Source of the DNA: Raillietiella orientalis
Lineage: Eukaryota
Direction: 5' to 3'
Assembly (NCBI GenBank): GCA_036172245.1
Contig: JAYWIR010000006.1
Coordinates: 4,960,001 to 5,024,000, forward strand
DNA length: 64,000 nt
Positions 25,445-37,205 of the stretch are shown here, in pieces. Under the pieces are notes generated by a model. The model was given only the letters and a program-made list of their open reading frames with translations. It made no database searches and had not been told where the DNA came from. The translations under genes and the position numbers were made by a program. The first letter of the stretch is position 1; each line of letters starts with the position of its first letter.

Positions 25445-25990
25445 GGACCCTTCAGGTCAGGAGACGACTCCAGAGGGAGCACTCCGTGAATCTGGGAACG
25501 CTCCGGAGGAAGGGGTTCCTTCCTCTTACGCTTGGGAGGGACCCTCGCCCTGGTTGTCTCCGGAGGAACCCCCGGAAAGCATCCGCCCCTCGTTTCCTCC
25601 TCTGGAGGGAACTCGGAAGGGAGCAGCGTGCTTATTGCACTCTGGAGAGGCAACCCCCAAGGGGGGATACCAACGAGCCCTATGGTACGCGATGACTCCA
25701 CTTTTAAAGCCGGAGCGAAACCCCAATGGGAGTCTCGATGTCCTGGAAGGACCCCAGCTGGTCAAATTCTAATCCCGGCCGGTGAACGGGGTCGTCCGGG
25801 ATCTTCCACTAGTGCGGCTGCACCCGAATCCAACCGAGGGGCCAATCAGCGTATCATCTTGTGTGGTGAAATCGGCACCCCCGGCGCACATCCCATTTCT
25901 CGGCGTCGCTGCTTCCCCCCGGGTGGGATTTGAACCCGCGACGCCTAGCGCCTCCGCACACGGCCGCCAGTCCCGCAACCTCCCAGTGCG
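25445..25990 (-). mobile_element. tRNA-headed hairpin-array SINE copy
   Basis: Minus-strand head GGAGGCGCTAGGCGTCGCGGGTTCAAATCCCACCC, linker GCGACGCCGAGAAATG...TTCGGGTGC..CACTAGTGGAAGATCCC, then body hairpins homologous to 55850-56400. Confidence 0.75.
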
Positions 25991-26309
25991 ATTCCCGCGA
26001 GAGGTAGCTCGGAACTAATAACGACACGAGCCCGCGAGCGGTGAGGGGAAAAAGGGGACGGTTGAGAAGGATCATCGGGCTCCTGGGTACTTCAGATCAC
26101 GTGGGGGAGGGCCGCTCTGCCAATGGCGACCTCGACAGGAAGTTCGCGGTCGTGGAGGGGGGTGGAAGGAGGGGTGGGGGTGAAGGAAGGTCGCCCGGAG
26201 CTCTCGATGCTGCATGGGATCCGAGAACCCCCGGGCGCTGTTCATCGTCTCCCCCCAACGAGCCCTCCCATTTGCCCCTCTTTTCCTTCTCCTTGCTCTC
26301 TTTCCCCAG

Positions 26310-26880
26310 AAAAGGACCTTCTTAGGAACGCCCTCTCCGGAGGAACCGAGGTGGAAACGACCCCTCGGAGTCTCTCGACAAGGAAGGGAAGGGCGGTGCC
26401 CGGAGAGGGCCATGAGGAAGGCGACGTCCCCCATCCCCACGGGAACAATTCTGGGGAATCCAGAGTCTGCATCCACGCCAGGAGCGACTAGGGGGAGCAT
26501 CCCCTTCCTCTGCCCCTTCCCTGCTCGTCCTTGCCCGCTCGTGCAGGCCGCTGCCTTTTCCGCAGCTCCCTCTGCAGGAGTCATCCCAAGGTGGAGTCCG
26601 GTGGCGCCAAGGAAGACCTCGCGTTTGTTTGCGGGAAAAAAAAGGCCTTCGGGTGGTCTTCTGGGAAGTGGAGGGGCACGCCGGAAGGCAGCCCATGCGG
26701 AAAGCAGGTGCCTATTGCTACCTCCTCTCGGAGGGGTGCGTCTCCAGAGAGTGCCAGAAGCGCGCTGCTCCCTTCGGGGAGTGATCTTCGGAGAAATTGG
26801 GAGGCGTCCCTTCGGGTTCCCTCAGAGAGGGGAAACGAGGAGCGCCTCCAACTGCGGGGGTCCCTCCGGAGAGAACTTTC
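26310..26880 (+). mobile_element. Hairpin-array SINE body fragments
   Basis: CTCCAGAGAGTGC...CCCTTCGGGG...GCGTCCCTTCGGGTTCCCTCAGAG...GGTCCCTCCGGAGAGAA match 55960-56260. Confidence 0.65.
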
Positions 26881-26979
26881 GCGAATGATGTTTCCTCCGT
26901 GTTTTTCACGGTTCCTTAGTGCTCTCTTCCGGGGTGAAGGCATTGTCCAGATCATCTGGTTGGGCTGCATTTTTTCTGC

Positions 26980-28390
26980 TTACATGTGTTGCATAGATGC
27001 TACCTGAAAAGCGGATGCAGGTGGCTGTCGTATCCTTATCAGCTTCTTTTTCAGAATTCCTAGGTATCGAAGAACGTTGTCGTTTTCAGGATCCCATGTT
27101 CCAAGTGGGCCGATCAGGATCGCCTGCACTTTGGTTATTTTCCCAGTGTTTCCGAGTTGCATGGCGACATCATGGTATCTGGCCTCCTTTATTTTCCTAG
27201 ATGTGGTGAACGCCTCGTTTCCGTTTTCAAATGGGCAGGAGATGTCCAGCACACCTATCCGATCGCTTTTCTCTAAAACGAGGTCTGGTTTTAGGGTGGA
27301 GGTGGTTCCTGGCACTCTGCGATCGCTTGATACCAGAGTCCAATTGGCTTCATCCATTGTGGCCTTGATAATTTCCAGGATAGCATCATGGCGCTGCATC
27401 GTCAAAGGCGAGTGCTTTTTGCATCTGTTGAGAACGTGTGATAAAGTCTCGTCCTCGGTTCCGCAACGGCGACATATCCTTTCATGAACCTTCTTTGTTG
27501 GTCCAGAGTTTAGAGGGAGAAGGTTCAGTCTTGCCGCATGGATAAATCTGTAGTTTTGGTATCTTAGGTGGATTCCGTTTGTCTGGAAGAAGCTTGAAGA
27601 GTGATGCATGCCCACACACTGCATGGCCTCCCCTTGACTAACGTGGTTTTCAATGAGGGATTGCCATGCGTGTTCTCGCTGCAATGCTCTTACGCCGGAG
27701 GCGAGACGTCTTCTTGCACTGCTGGTGAAGAGTATCCCGTCCACCGTGATACTGGGTTCTCCTTGCCGAAACTTCCAGCGGGCTTTTATTCTTCTAGAGG
27801 CCTTCCTTCCTTTCGACCAGAGGCTCTCAATATCTCACTCTGGGCTTTGTGATCTTGCCCGTCATGAATTCCCCGAGATTTTCATCTGTCAGGGCTTCTT
27901 GGATCCGTGTTTGGACGATTTCATCCAGGGTTGTTTTTGCAAGTTTACTTACTGCTTTGTCTGCAGACGTAAGCAGTTTGAAGCAGCTGTCCACAATGGA
28001 GGTATCGGACTCTTGAGCTAGCTTCGTTAGTCCTAGGCAGCCTTTCGTTCTCTCTCCGTGTTAATACGCATTTGCTGCCCAGGATGGTAGGTGAAGGGCC
28101 TTCTTTAACTTCTTCCTTACTTGCTCGTCGATATACTGCCATTCCTCCTTCCGGTGAGTTCCCAGCCTCTTGTAATGAACTAGGCTGGGATAGAAGGAGG
28201 TTTTCATTGCGTGCATTTTCTGCCATCCTGAGAGTTCAATCTCCAGTATGGCACTCGACTTCTGGCAGATGTCTTCCTTGGAAGGCTGTGTGTTAAATAC
28301 CTTTACACCGAAGGGTTTTCCCAAGTATTTGTGTGCCTGTGATAAGGCAATATAAGGAATTTTCCCTTCCTTAACCCGGATATCCACGTC
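26980..28390 (-). mobile_element. NeSL/Utopia-like non-LTR retrotransposon 3' part (RT C-terminus, CCHC knuckle, restriction-like endonuclease)
   Basis: HKYLGKPFG, LSGWQKMHAMK, FIHAARLNLLPLN, CRRCGTEDETLSHVLNRC, RHDAI, KPDLV, DISCPFENG, K.ARY and GPLGTWDPENDNVL. Frameshifted and truncated at both ends. Confidence 0.88.
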
Positions 28391-28605
28391 CCTTATGCCT
28401 TTGGGGGTTCGGCCGCAAGAGTTGAGAAACGAGGAGCGCCTCCACCTGAGGGGGTTCCTCTGGAGAGAACAAGAAAGGGATAGTTTCCTTCGGGGTCCCC
28501 TCCCCCCGAGCATAAGAGAGGAACAGACTGCTTCCTTCTACAAAGTCCTCCCAGGTTCATGGGGTGGTCTCTCCGGGTAAGCCCCCTGACTTGAAGAAAC
28601 ACATG
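28391..28605 (+). mobile_element. Hairpin-array SINE body and 3' fragment
   Basis: GAGGAGCGCCTCCACCTGAGGGGGTTCCTCTGGAGAGAA...TTCCTTCGGGGTCCCC...CCCCTGACTTGAAGAAACAC matches the 3' end of copy 55655-56460. Confidence 0.65.
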
Positions 28606-28949
28606 TACCCGGGTGGCGTGGGCGGTTCTTAAAGAGCTCTGCGAGCCCCTCCTAAGGGGGAGACGGGCGGTTCTTCAGCACCCCTTGAGAGCCAAAAGAA
28701 GGAAACCCGGAAAGCAGATGGGGACGAGGTATCCCTTTCGCTGCCCCTGGCCATGGTCCGGGGCCGCGCCTCCCCTGGTCCAGCGGCGAAGGCTGGAGTT
28801 GTGCAACAGTCTCGACGCCGAGTTCCGCCACTTCGGGGGGAGGAGGGAGCCGTCGAAGAACGCTGCAGGGTGTCCGCTTCGCCCAACGGGATTCCAAAGT
28901 AGTCCGCCCTGCAGGGAAGTCCTTTCGGAAGGGGAGGGGAGGGGAACTT

Positions 28950-29953
28950 CTGCCAGCTGACGTGTCCTACGTCTATCCCAGTCTTTACCCCCCTTGCCCC
29001 AGTGCTGCCCTCCCTCAGGAACTCTAGGGACAGCAAAGAACGGGCACTGTGGGAAGTGTCCTGCCTCATCGGAGGCAGGAAAAAATTGTTGAAGGCGTGG
29101 ACAACTCGGCAGCTAGAGGATGCTGCGACCCGGAGTGTCCCGTCTAAAGGACTTCTGAGCTGGGGCAAGCTGCTCGGAAGACCTCCGGAGGAGGTGAAGT
29201 GGCCCCCAGAGTGTTGGAATAGTAACGCCCTTGCAATGAAGTGGCAAGACACGGTGTTCCTATTCTTGCATTGGGGAATCCTATGCAGAGCCCGCCTCTC
29301 GCACTGGACACTAAGGAGTGTGGATGCTCATTCTGCAGAATGCAGCGAAAGGGGAACCTTCCCGCATCTCCTAATAGACTTTGTCGTCCTCCTTGCACTT
29401 TGGGATCGACTCTCGTTGATCCTTAAAATCCCTAGAGGAGACCCTAAAAACATCTTCCGGCGCCTCTTCATGAGTGATGCCCTACCCCCGTCGCGTCTCT
29501 ACCAGTTCTCTGCTGTGTTCGCGGCATCCTGGCAAGGTGGAACGCCAAAAGAGGAAGGCAAAACAGCAGGGAAGCCGTCCACTGGACGACGATCTTTCTG
29601 GAGACCGCGTCAAGATGGCCCCACCGTAATAATGGCAAAGCAGCACTTGTCAGCATCCTGAACAGGATACCGAGGACCAATCCAGGCGAACAGTGATCCA
29701 TTTCCTGCCTTCCCCCCACCGAAAAAACATTTGCCCCCACCCCCCTTGTAATTCTTTTAGCTTATTTTTGTTTTGTTTTTCCCTTCCCCTTCGCCGCTGG
29801 AGCGGAACTCACCGGTCTGCGTACAAGTTCATGACAAGTCTCCCAAGCGTGATGGAACCAAGTGTTCTACCACGAAACAAACATTATTCACGACTTTATT
29901 ACGAAATTTTTGAATGAAAATTTTAATAATAAATGCCCCGGCAAATCCGGGTG
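28950..29953 (+). mobile_element. L1/Tx1-like LINE 3' fragment
   Basis: ORF 29002-29661 (WGKLLGRPPEEVKWPP...KWQDTVFLFLHWGILCRARLSHW...FPHLLID), T-rich UTR, and AATAAA-TGC-CCCGG-CAAAT-CCGGG terminus at 29928-29951. Confidence 0.8.
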
Positions 29954-30890
29954 ACAAACGTCAAGCCCACGATTCTTTCTTTTCTTCTCCACAAATCCTC
30001 GACCAGAAGGGCTCAGTCTCAATGGGCAGCAGTGTGGCGGCTGCTCCACTGAGTACCGCACCCGGTTCGGTACGCATGTCTTGTACAGACGATTCGACAC
30101 CTCCACGTTCGCCACCCAGGACGCTGCTCGACCGCGCTCCGGATTGCCCCGGGGAAAACGCGCGCGCCCGCGGGCCGAGTCGTTCCGCGCTCTGCCCGGA
30201 GGGGTACCGGGTTTCCGCTTGCGGGTGCCGGACGGCATCCCGGGAGGACGGAAGAAACTCTCTAGAATGCCTGACCTGCTCGTCCAACGCCGGAGGCGCG
30301 AAGGTTCCGCTGCTCTTGACAAGGACGGACTCTACCACGGAGGCGTCGGACGCACTCCGGCGGCGGATGGCGGCTTCGCTCCGCCGGCCGTTCAAGAACG
30401 CGGGTGCCAAATGCCCGAACCTGCGTTTCCTGTCGTACTGAGCAGCGGTTCCATGGCAGTGTACCCACTCATCAGTGGGATCAAACGCATCTCTTCCCGC
30501 GTCGGTCCAACTGCCTGACCCGCAGTTTCGAGAGCATCCCAACGCCCGAAGGTGATCAGAAGCCAGTTGCTCGTGACAGGTGTCTCCTCCCTTCAGCAGG
30601 AGACGGAGTCGAGCTGACCGGAAGGAGGCAGCCAACTGCATGAGATTCCACATTCTGCGCGTTGAATGTGACCTCAAATGGTCTAATCCCAGCTCAGGTT
30701 GCCCGTTGGTGGATGAAGAAATCCAACGCTTGGATGTTCCCCTTCGCAATGATGGGGAGAGTCGACAGCGAAGGATCAAAGCGACTGTCACTACGGACGC
30801 TTGGCTGCTCCAAGCCAGTTACTTCTGTGGTGACCTTTCCAAACATCTCTTGCTCTAAACTCATGAACCTGTGCGCAAAGTGCGTTTTTC

Positions 30891-31760
30891 TGCCCGGTTT
30901 TGCCGGAAGGGGGGCATTTACTATTAAACAAAATAATGATAAAAGTCCAGTTAGAATGTTCAGGTGGGGTGCAACATCACGTGGTTTCACCAGGCCCGCG
31001 GAACTTGCCCTGACCGCTACGTAGATCGGCGAGGTCCGTTTCCTCAGCATCGGAAAAGGGAGAACCGGGAAAAAAGGAAACAAGCAAAAACAGAAAACGG
31101 GAGGACAAGTTTCCTTGGGGAGAGGGACCGGGGGATGGGATCACGTTCCGCCGGGAGACGTCCTCAGCATCCTGTTCAAAATACTGACAAGTTCCGTCCA
31201 AAGATCACCTGGGTGGAAACATCTCAAGGCGGTCTTCAGGAAGATTCGCGCCCAGTGGGTGGTATCCCTCCTTCTAGGATGGTATCTCCTTCCTTTTAGG
31301 ACCTCTTCTTCTGTCCTTCCACGTCGCCACGATTCCGCGAAGACGGCATGGCACTGCGAGGGGCGCGGCCCTGCGGCAGTGCGGCATCGCGCACAAAGAG
31401 GCGTTTGCAAATGTCCCTGGGATTCCTAGGATCATCTAGAAGCGATCCCGAAGGGGACAAAGTCTAGCAGCGCAGTCTAGCAGAAGGTGAGGGAAAGTCT
31501 CTTGCTCACCGCATCGACCACAATTGACATCCACGCTCCCCCGCGTCCAATGGTGGAGGAGCGCTTTGCATGAGATTTCCCCAATGAGACCAGCAACGCC
31601 AACTCCTGCCACTTGAATGGAAGGTCACCTCTTCACCTCCTCCGTAGATATCGCGAGCAGCTCGTCCCAGCGTAAAGAGTCCTTTTGGCGGGACACTCGG
31701 GGTCGCATCAAAAGGATCGTTGGGCCTCGCTTTCGTGGTCCCTACTCGTGCTGAAAATGC
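30891..31760 (-). mobile_element. Degenerate L1/Tx1-like LINE 3' fragment
   Basis: Minus strand FKWQELALLVSLGKSHAKRSSTIGR resembles the other copies. Variant terminus AGTAAA-TGCCCCCCTTCCGG-CAAAA-CCGGG. Confidence 0.6.
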
Positions 31761-33399
31761 TTCTGCTCCACACTAGGTTTCTGTTCTCTCTGAGCCGGCC
31801 ATTATACACCCAGCGGTTCTTTCATTTCCCCAAGTCCCACGAGGGGTGGGGTGAATTTATTTATTTATTTTTTTTTTTTTCAGTCACACTACAATCTCAT
31901 ACAAATTGTGCAAAAACTGCACTTTGCTTCACTGTTCACTTGAAGTCTGCTTCTTCGGGTCTCTGAAAAGATCACTGCACTTAATCACCTGGGTGTCGTT
32001 TAGGCTTAGGTTCTTCCTCCAATCCTTCTCAGGATATGTCGGTAGTTCCAGGCCTGCACTCCTCCGCAGTTTCTGATGCCGATCTCCCTCTGGATGAGCC
32101 CTTTCAGGATGCCCAGTGGAGATATGGTGGTCCTCGTCGTCTTCATCTTCCACCACCGCACAATAATGGCGGTGATGAAAAGGGCGATGGTCACTCTTAC
32201 CATGGGGTTATAGCGGGGAACCGTTCCAGCAGTTCTTTCCGACCCGCGATGCTACAGGGCACCTGCCAGTCTGCCGGCTGGTTGCCGTCGATGTTCTCCC
32301 GTAGGAACGGCAGCGCTGCGGCAATCGTCATTCTTCCAGCCCACGGGGTCTTCCTTGGGCCCCCCATTCTGTCCTGCAACGAGCGGCGGGCGCGTCTGTA
32401 GTGCGGCGGACTTCGCAGGCTCTCGCACCGTTCATCTTCGCCCACGTCCGGGCTGTTTTTCCGTTTCCAGGCACCGCAGTTCGTGGACGGGCAGGAGATT
32501 CGGGCGCGGTCCTTTGCCAAGGCAACCACCTGACGGCGCTGGTAGCCGCATCGCGGCAGTCTTCGGTGGCTGCAAGCGAGGGCCGAGGTCAATCCCTCCG
32601 GCGAAGCTCTGGACAGGCGGGTCCAAAGCTTCGCCCTTCTACAGGGCTGTTCTTGGAGGCTGGAGCTGACGCTCCATCCCTTCCAGAGTCAGGGCGCCGA
32701 GTTGAAGCGTGCCGACGCCGCGCGCACGCGAGTCCTTTCCTCAAGCGGGCGGCTCGGCCGACAGGTGGCGGTGGAGAACGACCGCGGTGCGGGAAGCCGC
32801 TGAGGTGGTGGAGGAGGCGACGGCGAAAGCAGCTTCCTTCGGATGGGAATCCCACCCGAACGACGAGCGGCAAGGCACGCCCTGCGGGGTCCGTTTGAAT
32901 CGAAGCGCCTTCTCCATCCGAAGCGAAAGTGGAAGTCGCGGAGCCCAACAGAAGGGAGCAGAAGACGAGCAAGAAGGTCCAGAGGAGATTTCTCAGCGAT
33001 CTGCATTCCTTCCCTGCCCCTTTCCCCGCAGTCCCCGAAAGACCCGTCAGGTGGGGAAACGTGGGAAAGCGAAGATCCAGAGCCCCTGGGGGGAGAGGGA
33101 GAAGGAACTTTCGTCGATTGGCAGGGACCCTCTTCCTGATCTCTGCTTCCCTTTTCCCCCTCGCCCCCAATCCGTCCCTCAAAAGGAACGGGCCGGAGCT
33201 TTCTGGGACGGAATCTCCACCTCTCACGCAACGAAGTGCGCAAGTAAAATCACCGGGCCCGCGGGCAGCACTGACGGAGGGGAGGTGGGAGGGGGGCAGC
33301 ACCACGCGTGCGCGCGGTCGGTTCTGGGACTACCGGCCTTTTCTTTCTTTCTCCCACTGCCAACTGCTCCGGGGTTTCCGCTTTGATGGTCCCAGTCCA

Positions 33400-34600
33400 G
33401 GATGATTTACGACCACGCGTGCATAAAGACGTCCACCTCGCGGGAGGGCGGAAACCGCTGCCAGAATGAATGACGGATCGTACGAGGGCGGCGCGCGCGC
33501 TGCGCCACTCGTGGATCTCAGGCGTTGCGTCATCATCCTGGCGAGCGCGCGCGAGCTCGAGGGCGGCCCGCCGGCAGCTCTGGGACGGCACCCGCGCGGG
33601 GTGGTCTCCGGCTCGCAACTGAAAAGCCGCCGAGACCGACGGCAGCCGTAACTAAGGACGCGCGCGCGGACAGCGTCCTTAGCTACGCTTTCCGCGCGCC
33701 GCTGACGACGCGCGCTGAAAGCTCCTGGGTCAGGAGTGAAACTTGCAGTGCCATCTGTTAGCGCAGGTTCCTGCGTGGGCGGACGTGTCGAGTGACATCG
33801 CCCTTACTTTTTCCTCATCACCCCCACTGCTCCTTCCCCCTCCGCTCCCCGCGAAAGGCCGAGGCACAGAGAAGCTGAAAGATCGGTCCCTTCGTCGGTC
33901 ACCCAGAGCAAATACGACGCGAACGGAATTCCAAGATGGCTTCACCCCTACGCACCGAGTCCTCCATGCAGTCGGGTCCTCATCCTCCCCGCGGGAAAAG
34001 CACTCTTCCCAGAGTGCAGTTTCCTCCGGGACTAGCGCTCTCTCTGAAAACAGGATCGGTCAGCCCAGGAGGGAAGGGGGAGGGGGGAGAGAGGGAGGAA
34101 GAAAACAAACCAAAGCGGCGTTGGCGACGATGGGGGGAAATTGCCACCGGCAGAGCTCATCCTCGACGGCAGGGAAACCCGTGGTGAGTGAGTCCACTTT
34201 TCATCCCATCCCACTTGCGAGAGACGCAGGCTGGAGCGGAGCGCCTCCGGCCGTCCCTATGTCGCAGGAGCGACCCGGGGCGAAAGCTCCCAGAAACCCG
34301 CGCCGACAGCATCCGGTCGAGCGAGCGTCAGAGGGGAGATGGCGGCGCGCCGAGCAGCGGAGGCAGCGACGCCAGGCGCCAGACGCCGCAATCCAAGCGC
34401 GCTCCGCACCTCCCGCCGGCGGACGGGTCAGCGGTGGCGCCCCAAAGCGGCGAGTCTCCCAGGTGTGGCGCGGGGTTCCGATCTCCCGGGAAGCGAAATC
34501 AGCCCGGGGGGGGGGAGGGAACCTCCCGGAGCTGCGCCGAGGTGGACCACTTTCAGAGGCTTAAGGAATGCCTGCAGCCATCCGCGCGCGGGAACTCTCG
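33400..34600 (+). mobile_element. Possible decayed Ty3/gypsy LTR retrotransposon 5' remnant (LTR, PBS, gag)
   Basis: TGGGTCAGGAGTG at 33726-33738 resembles a tRNA-Leu primer-binding site (TGGTGTCAGGAGTG). Downstream PRCGAGF...GTSRSCAEVDHFQRLKEC resembles a degenerate gag zinc knuckle. Confidence 0.35.
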
Positions 34601-35309
34601 GTGGGTCTCTCGAGCGACCTCGTTAAGCCGACGTGGGGTGATGAGACGTCGTCCTAGGGACGCGGAACGAGCCGAGAGGGAACGCCCCCTGGCACAGTGC
34701 GTGCTACCCGCAGCACGGAGATGCGGGGAAGCCGGCGGCCGAAATCCCCTCCGGTCCACTGCGCGTCCGCACAGGGACCCAGCGGGAGTCCCGGATGAGT
34801 CCTGCAGGACTGCACCCGGTCGCAGCCGAAAGTTCGCCTTCGGGCCTGCGCTGGCCTCGGGAGGCGGCGCATCCACCCCCCGAGAGCGCCCCCGACCGCG
34901 CGGCTTCGTCACCCTCTCCGTCCCCGGAGGAGTCGCGGATACCCCCCGCCGTCCTCCTCCGGACCTGGTGCACCCGGCGGCGGGAACGCGCGTCCCACCT
35001 GGGAGAGGTGTCCGCTCTCCGTGCCGCGGTCTCCTTGTCGCCTGCTCCGGAACAAGGCAGAGATGCCCGGGTCACGGGGTGATTTCAGCGCTGCCCCTCC
35101 TCCTTGACCTCCCTGCACACCCCCGATCGGAGTATGCGCCCGCCGCCGCCTACGGGAACGTGAAAAAGGGAAGAAAAATTGCCCGCAGGAGAGTTTTCCC
35201 CCTGAGAACAAACGAGACCGCACCGTCACCTTCCCGCCGCACGCTCTCGGGCAGATCCTTGAGAAGGCCCGAGAATCCCCGGGTTCACCGGCAGGCGCCG
35301 GGGTTGCCA

Positions 35310-35900
35310 CGGCCGCCCGTCTTCCACGCGCCGGGGCGCCTTCGACTGCGGATCGCCGTCCCCGCGCGCAGGCGCTTCCCGTCGCCTGCAGGCAGTGCTT
35401 CCCTCTCCCAGCTCCCTCCTTTCTCACCCTCCACTCCCCTCCTGCCCATCCTGCGCGCCCTTCGTTCGGTGCGGACGTGCCCCGCGGCCTCCCGTCGCCG
35501 CCTCCAGCCCGCACGTCTTGCAAATCTCCCCGCGCGGCGGGGGAACTTCGAGCGACTGCCGGTAGGCCCCTCCGGCCTCGGAATCGGGTTGGGGAGTCCG
35601 AGAGAGGGGTGGGCGCTGCGAAGAGGTGCCGGCGGGCGACGGAGGGCACACTTGAGCGCATCTCGCGGAGGAAGACATCCCGAGGAGGGAGTAAGGTGCC
35701 CCTTGCTGCCCCTCCCGCGCTCTTCCCCCGTCGCGGCTGACCCCGGTGGCCTCCACGCGGCGCGTCCCCTCCACTTGCCGCCGCTGACGGGGTCAGGGTG
35801 CCTGCGGCCACCGAGGGCCGAGCGATCCGGGAACGGCACGGGACGCCGCGGCGTACCCTCCTCGGGTCCGCCGTCGGACCGGGGGACCGAGGAGGCCGCG
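35310..35900. repeat. GC-rich dispersed repeat, inverted partner of 5640-6450
   Basis: 35356-35582 is identical to the reverse complement of 6151-6377; flanks are diverged. Confidence 0.85.
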
Positions 35901-37029
35901 TGTCCCGGGACGTTGCGTGCGAGGAGGACGCCCTGGGGCCGAGAAGGGGGAGGAACCTCCGTAGGCGCTTCTTGGGATGGTTGGCCGCGACTTTCTCCCC
36001 GCGTCGGCGCCGGAGTCCGTCGCGGCCGGGGGATGAGGGGGAAGGACCTGTGCTTGAGCGAGGGTGGGGTATCCCCCAGCCTCGTTCCAGCATCCCCGCT
36101 GGAGGGAGTCCGACGGGGTCGGGGAAGTCCGGCCGCCGACGGCTTTCCCGGGCGCGTCCTCCCCTCCCTCCGGAGGGTTCGCCACCCCCTTCCATCCATT
36201 CCCGCCGAGGCGGGTAGAGGAGGAGGAAGAGAGGAGGAAGGGCTCTTTCGCAAGATGGGAGGAGCGGCTGCCTCCCGCGAAAGTCCTTTCGAGGAGCGAC
36301 GGGGCGAGGGAGCCCACTAGCGGGGTCACGGCTTGCGCAATGCCTCGAGCGCGTGCGGCTACTCCGCGGTGGTCACGGCTACGGAGTTGGGGGAGCGCGC
36401 GTCACGTGAGACGCTCCTCGTGGAAAGTGTCACACGGCCGCAAACAGGAAGGCGCGAGAGGCGGCTCCTGCCGGAGGGGTGCTTGCGGGGGCGAAGGGGA
36501 GGAGGTCCGAGCCGAGAAAGGGTGGGGAACCCTTCCGCGATCGGGGGCAGCCCATCCGAGGTCCAGGGATATGGCCGTCCCTTGGACCCTTCCCTGCACC
36601 CCGCCGACGCGCCCGGTCCGCGTAGCAGCCCAAGGGCTCCGCTGGGAGCTGCGGCGAATCACAGGAGGACAGGTTACAGGAGGCGCTTCCGCGGGCAGCT
36701 TCGCCCGCTCGCTTCGCCTGGACGCTCCAACGCGGCCCGCCCCTGGTCTAGAGCGATCCCGGGAGCAGCCGCTTGGCTGACGCGGGGTGGCTCCAGGGGG
36801 TCCACTCGGAACGGAAGGACCGGCGGGCCATCTCCATGCCTCGCCACGACGAAGGGGGAATTCTCCCGAGGGCGGCTGGTACTCAGGGCCGGATCAGGTC
36901 GAGAGAGCGGCGGCGGTAGAGGAGCCCTCGAGAGACCTCCCTGTGCTGCTAGGCAGCGCCCTCTTCGACCGGACCACCATGCTGACGGAATGCGCGCCGT
37001 AAAGCCAGCGCAAACCTGGCTGCTGTCGC

Positions 37030-37205
37030 CGTCATCGTCATCATCAGTGCCGTCATCTTAACCATCGTCATCGTAGTGCCGTCAGCGTTGACATTCCCTT
37101 AGTTAGGCCATTGTTATTCTCGTCGTCGTCATCACCACCATCATCGGTATCATCATGTTTAGCGTCGTCATCAGCGTCATCATGATCATTGTTGGTTGGA
37201 TTGTT
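37030..37205. repeat. Degenerate (TCA/TCG)n trinucleotide microsatellite
   Basis: Repeated TCATCG/TCATCA runs. Confidence 0.75.

Noticed and set aside
30400..32600. Possible host exons around 30.4-30.9 kb and 31.9-32.6 kb
   Set aside because: Splice-like signals exist, but no coherent frame or recognisable protein could be assembled.
34188..36320. 710-aa ORF and other long GC-rich ORFs (e.g. 10051-11700, 34909-36195, 39719-40999)
   Set aside because: Translations are R/P/G/A/S-rich with no domain, several frames on both strands are open at once, and they overlap repeats. These are shadow ORFs caused by high GC.
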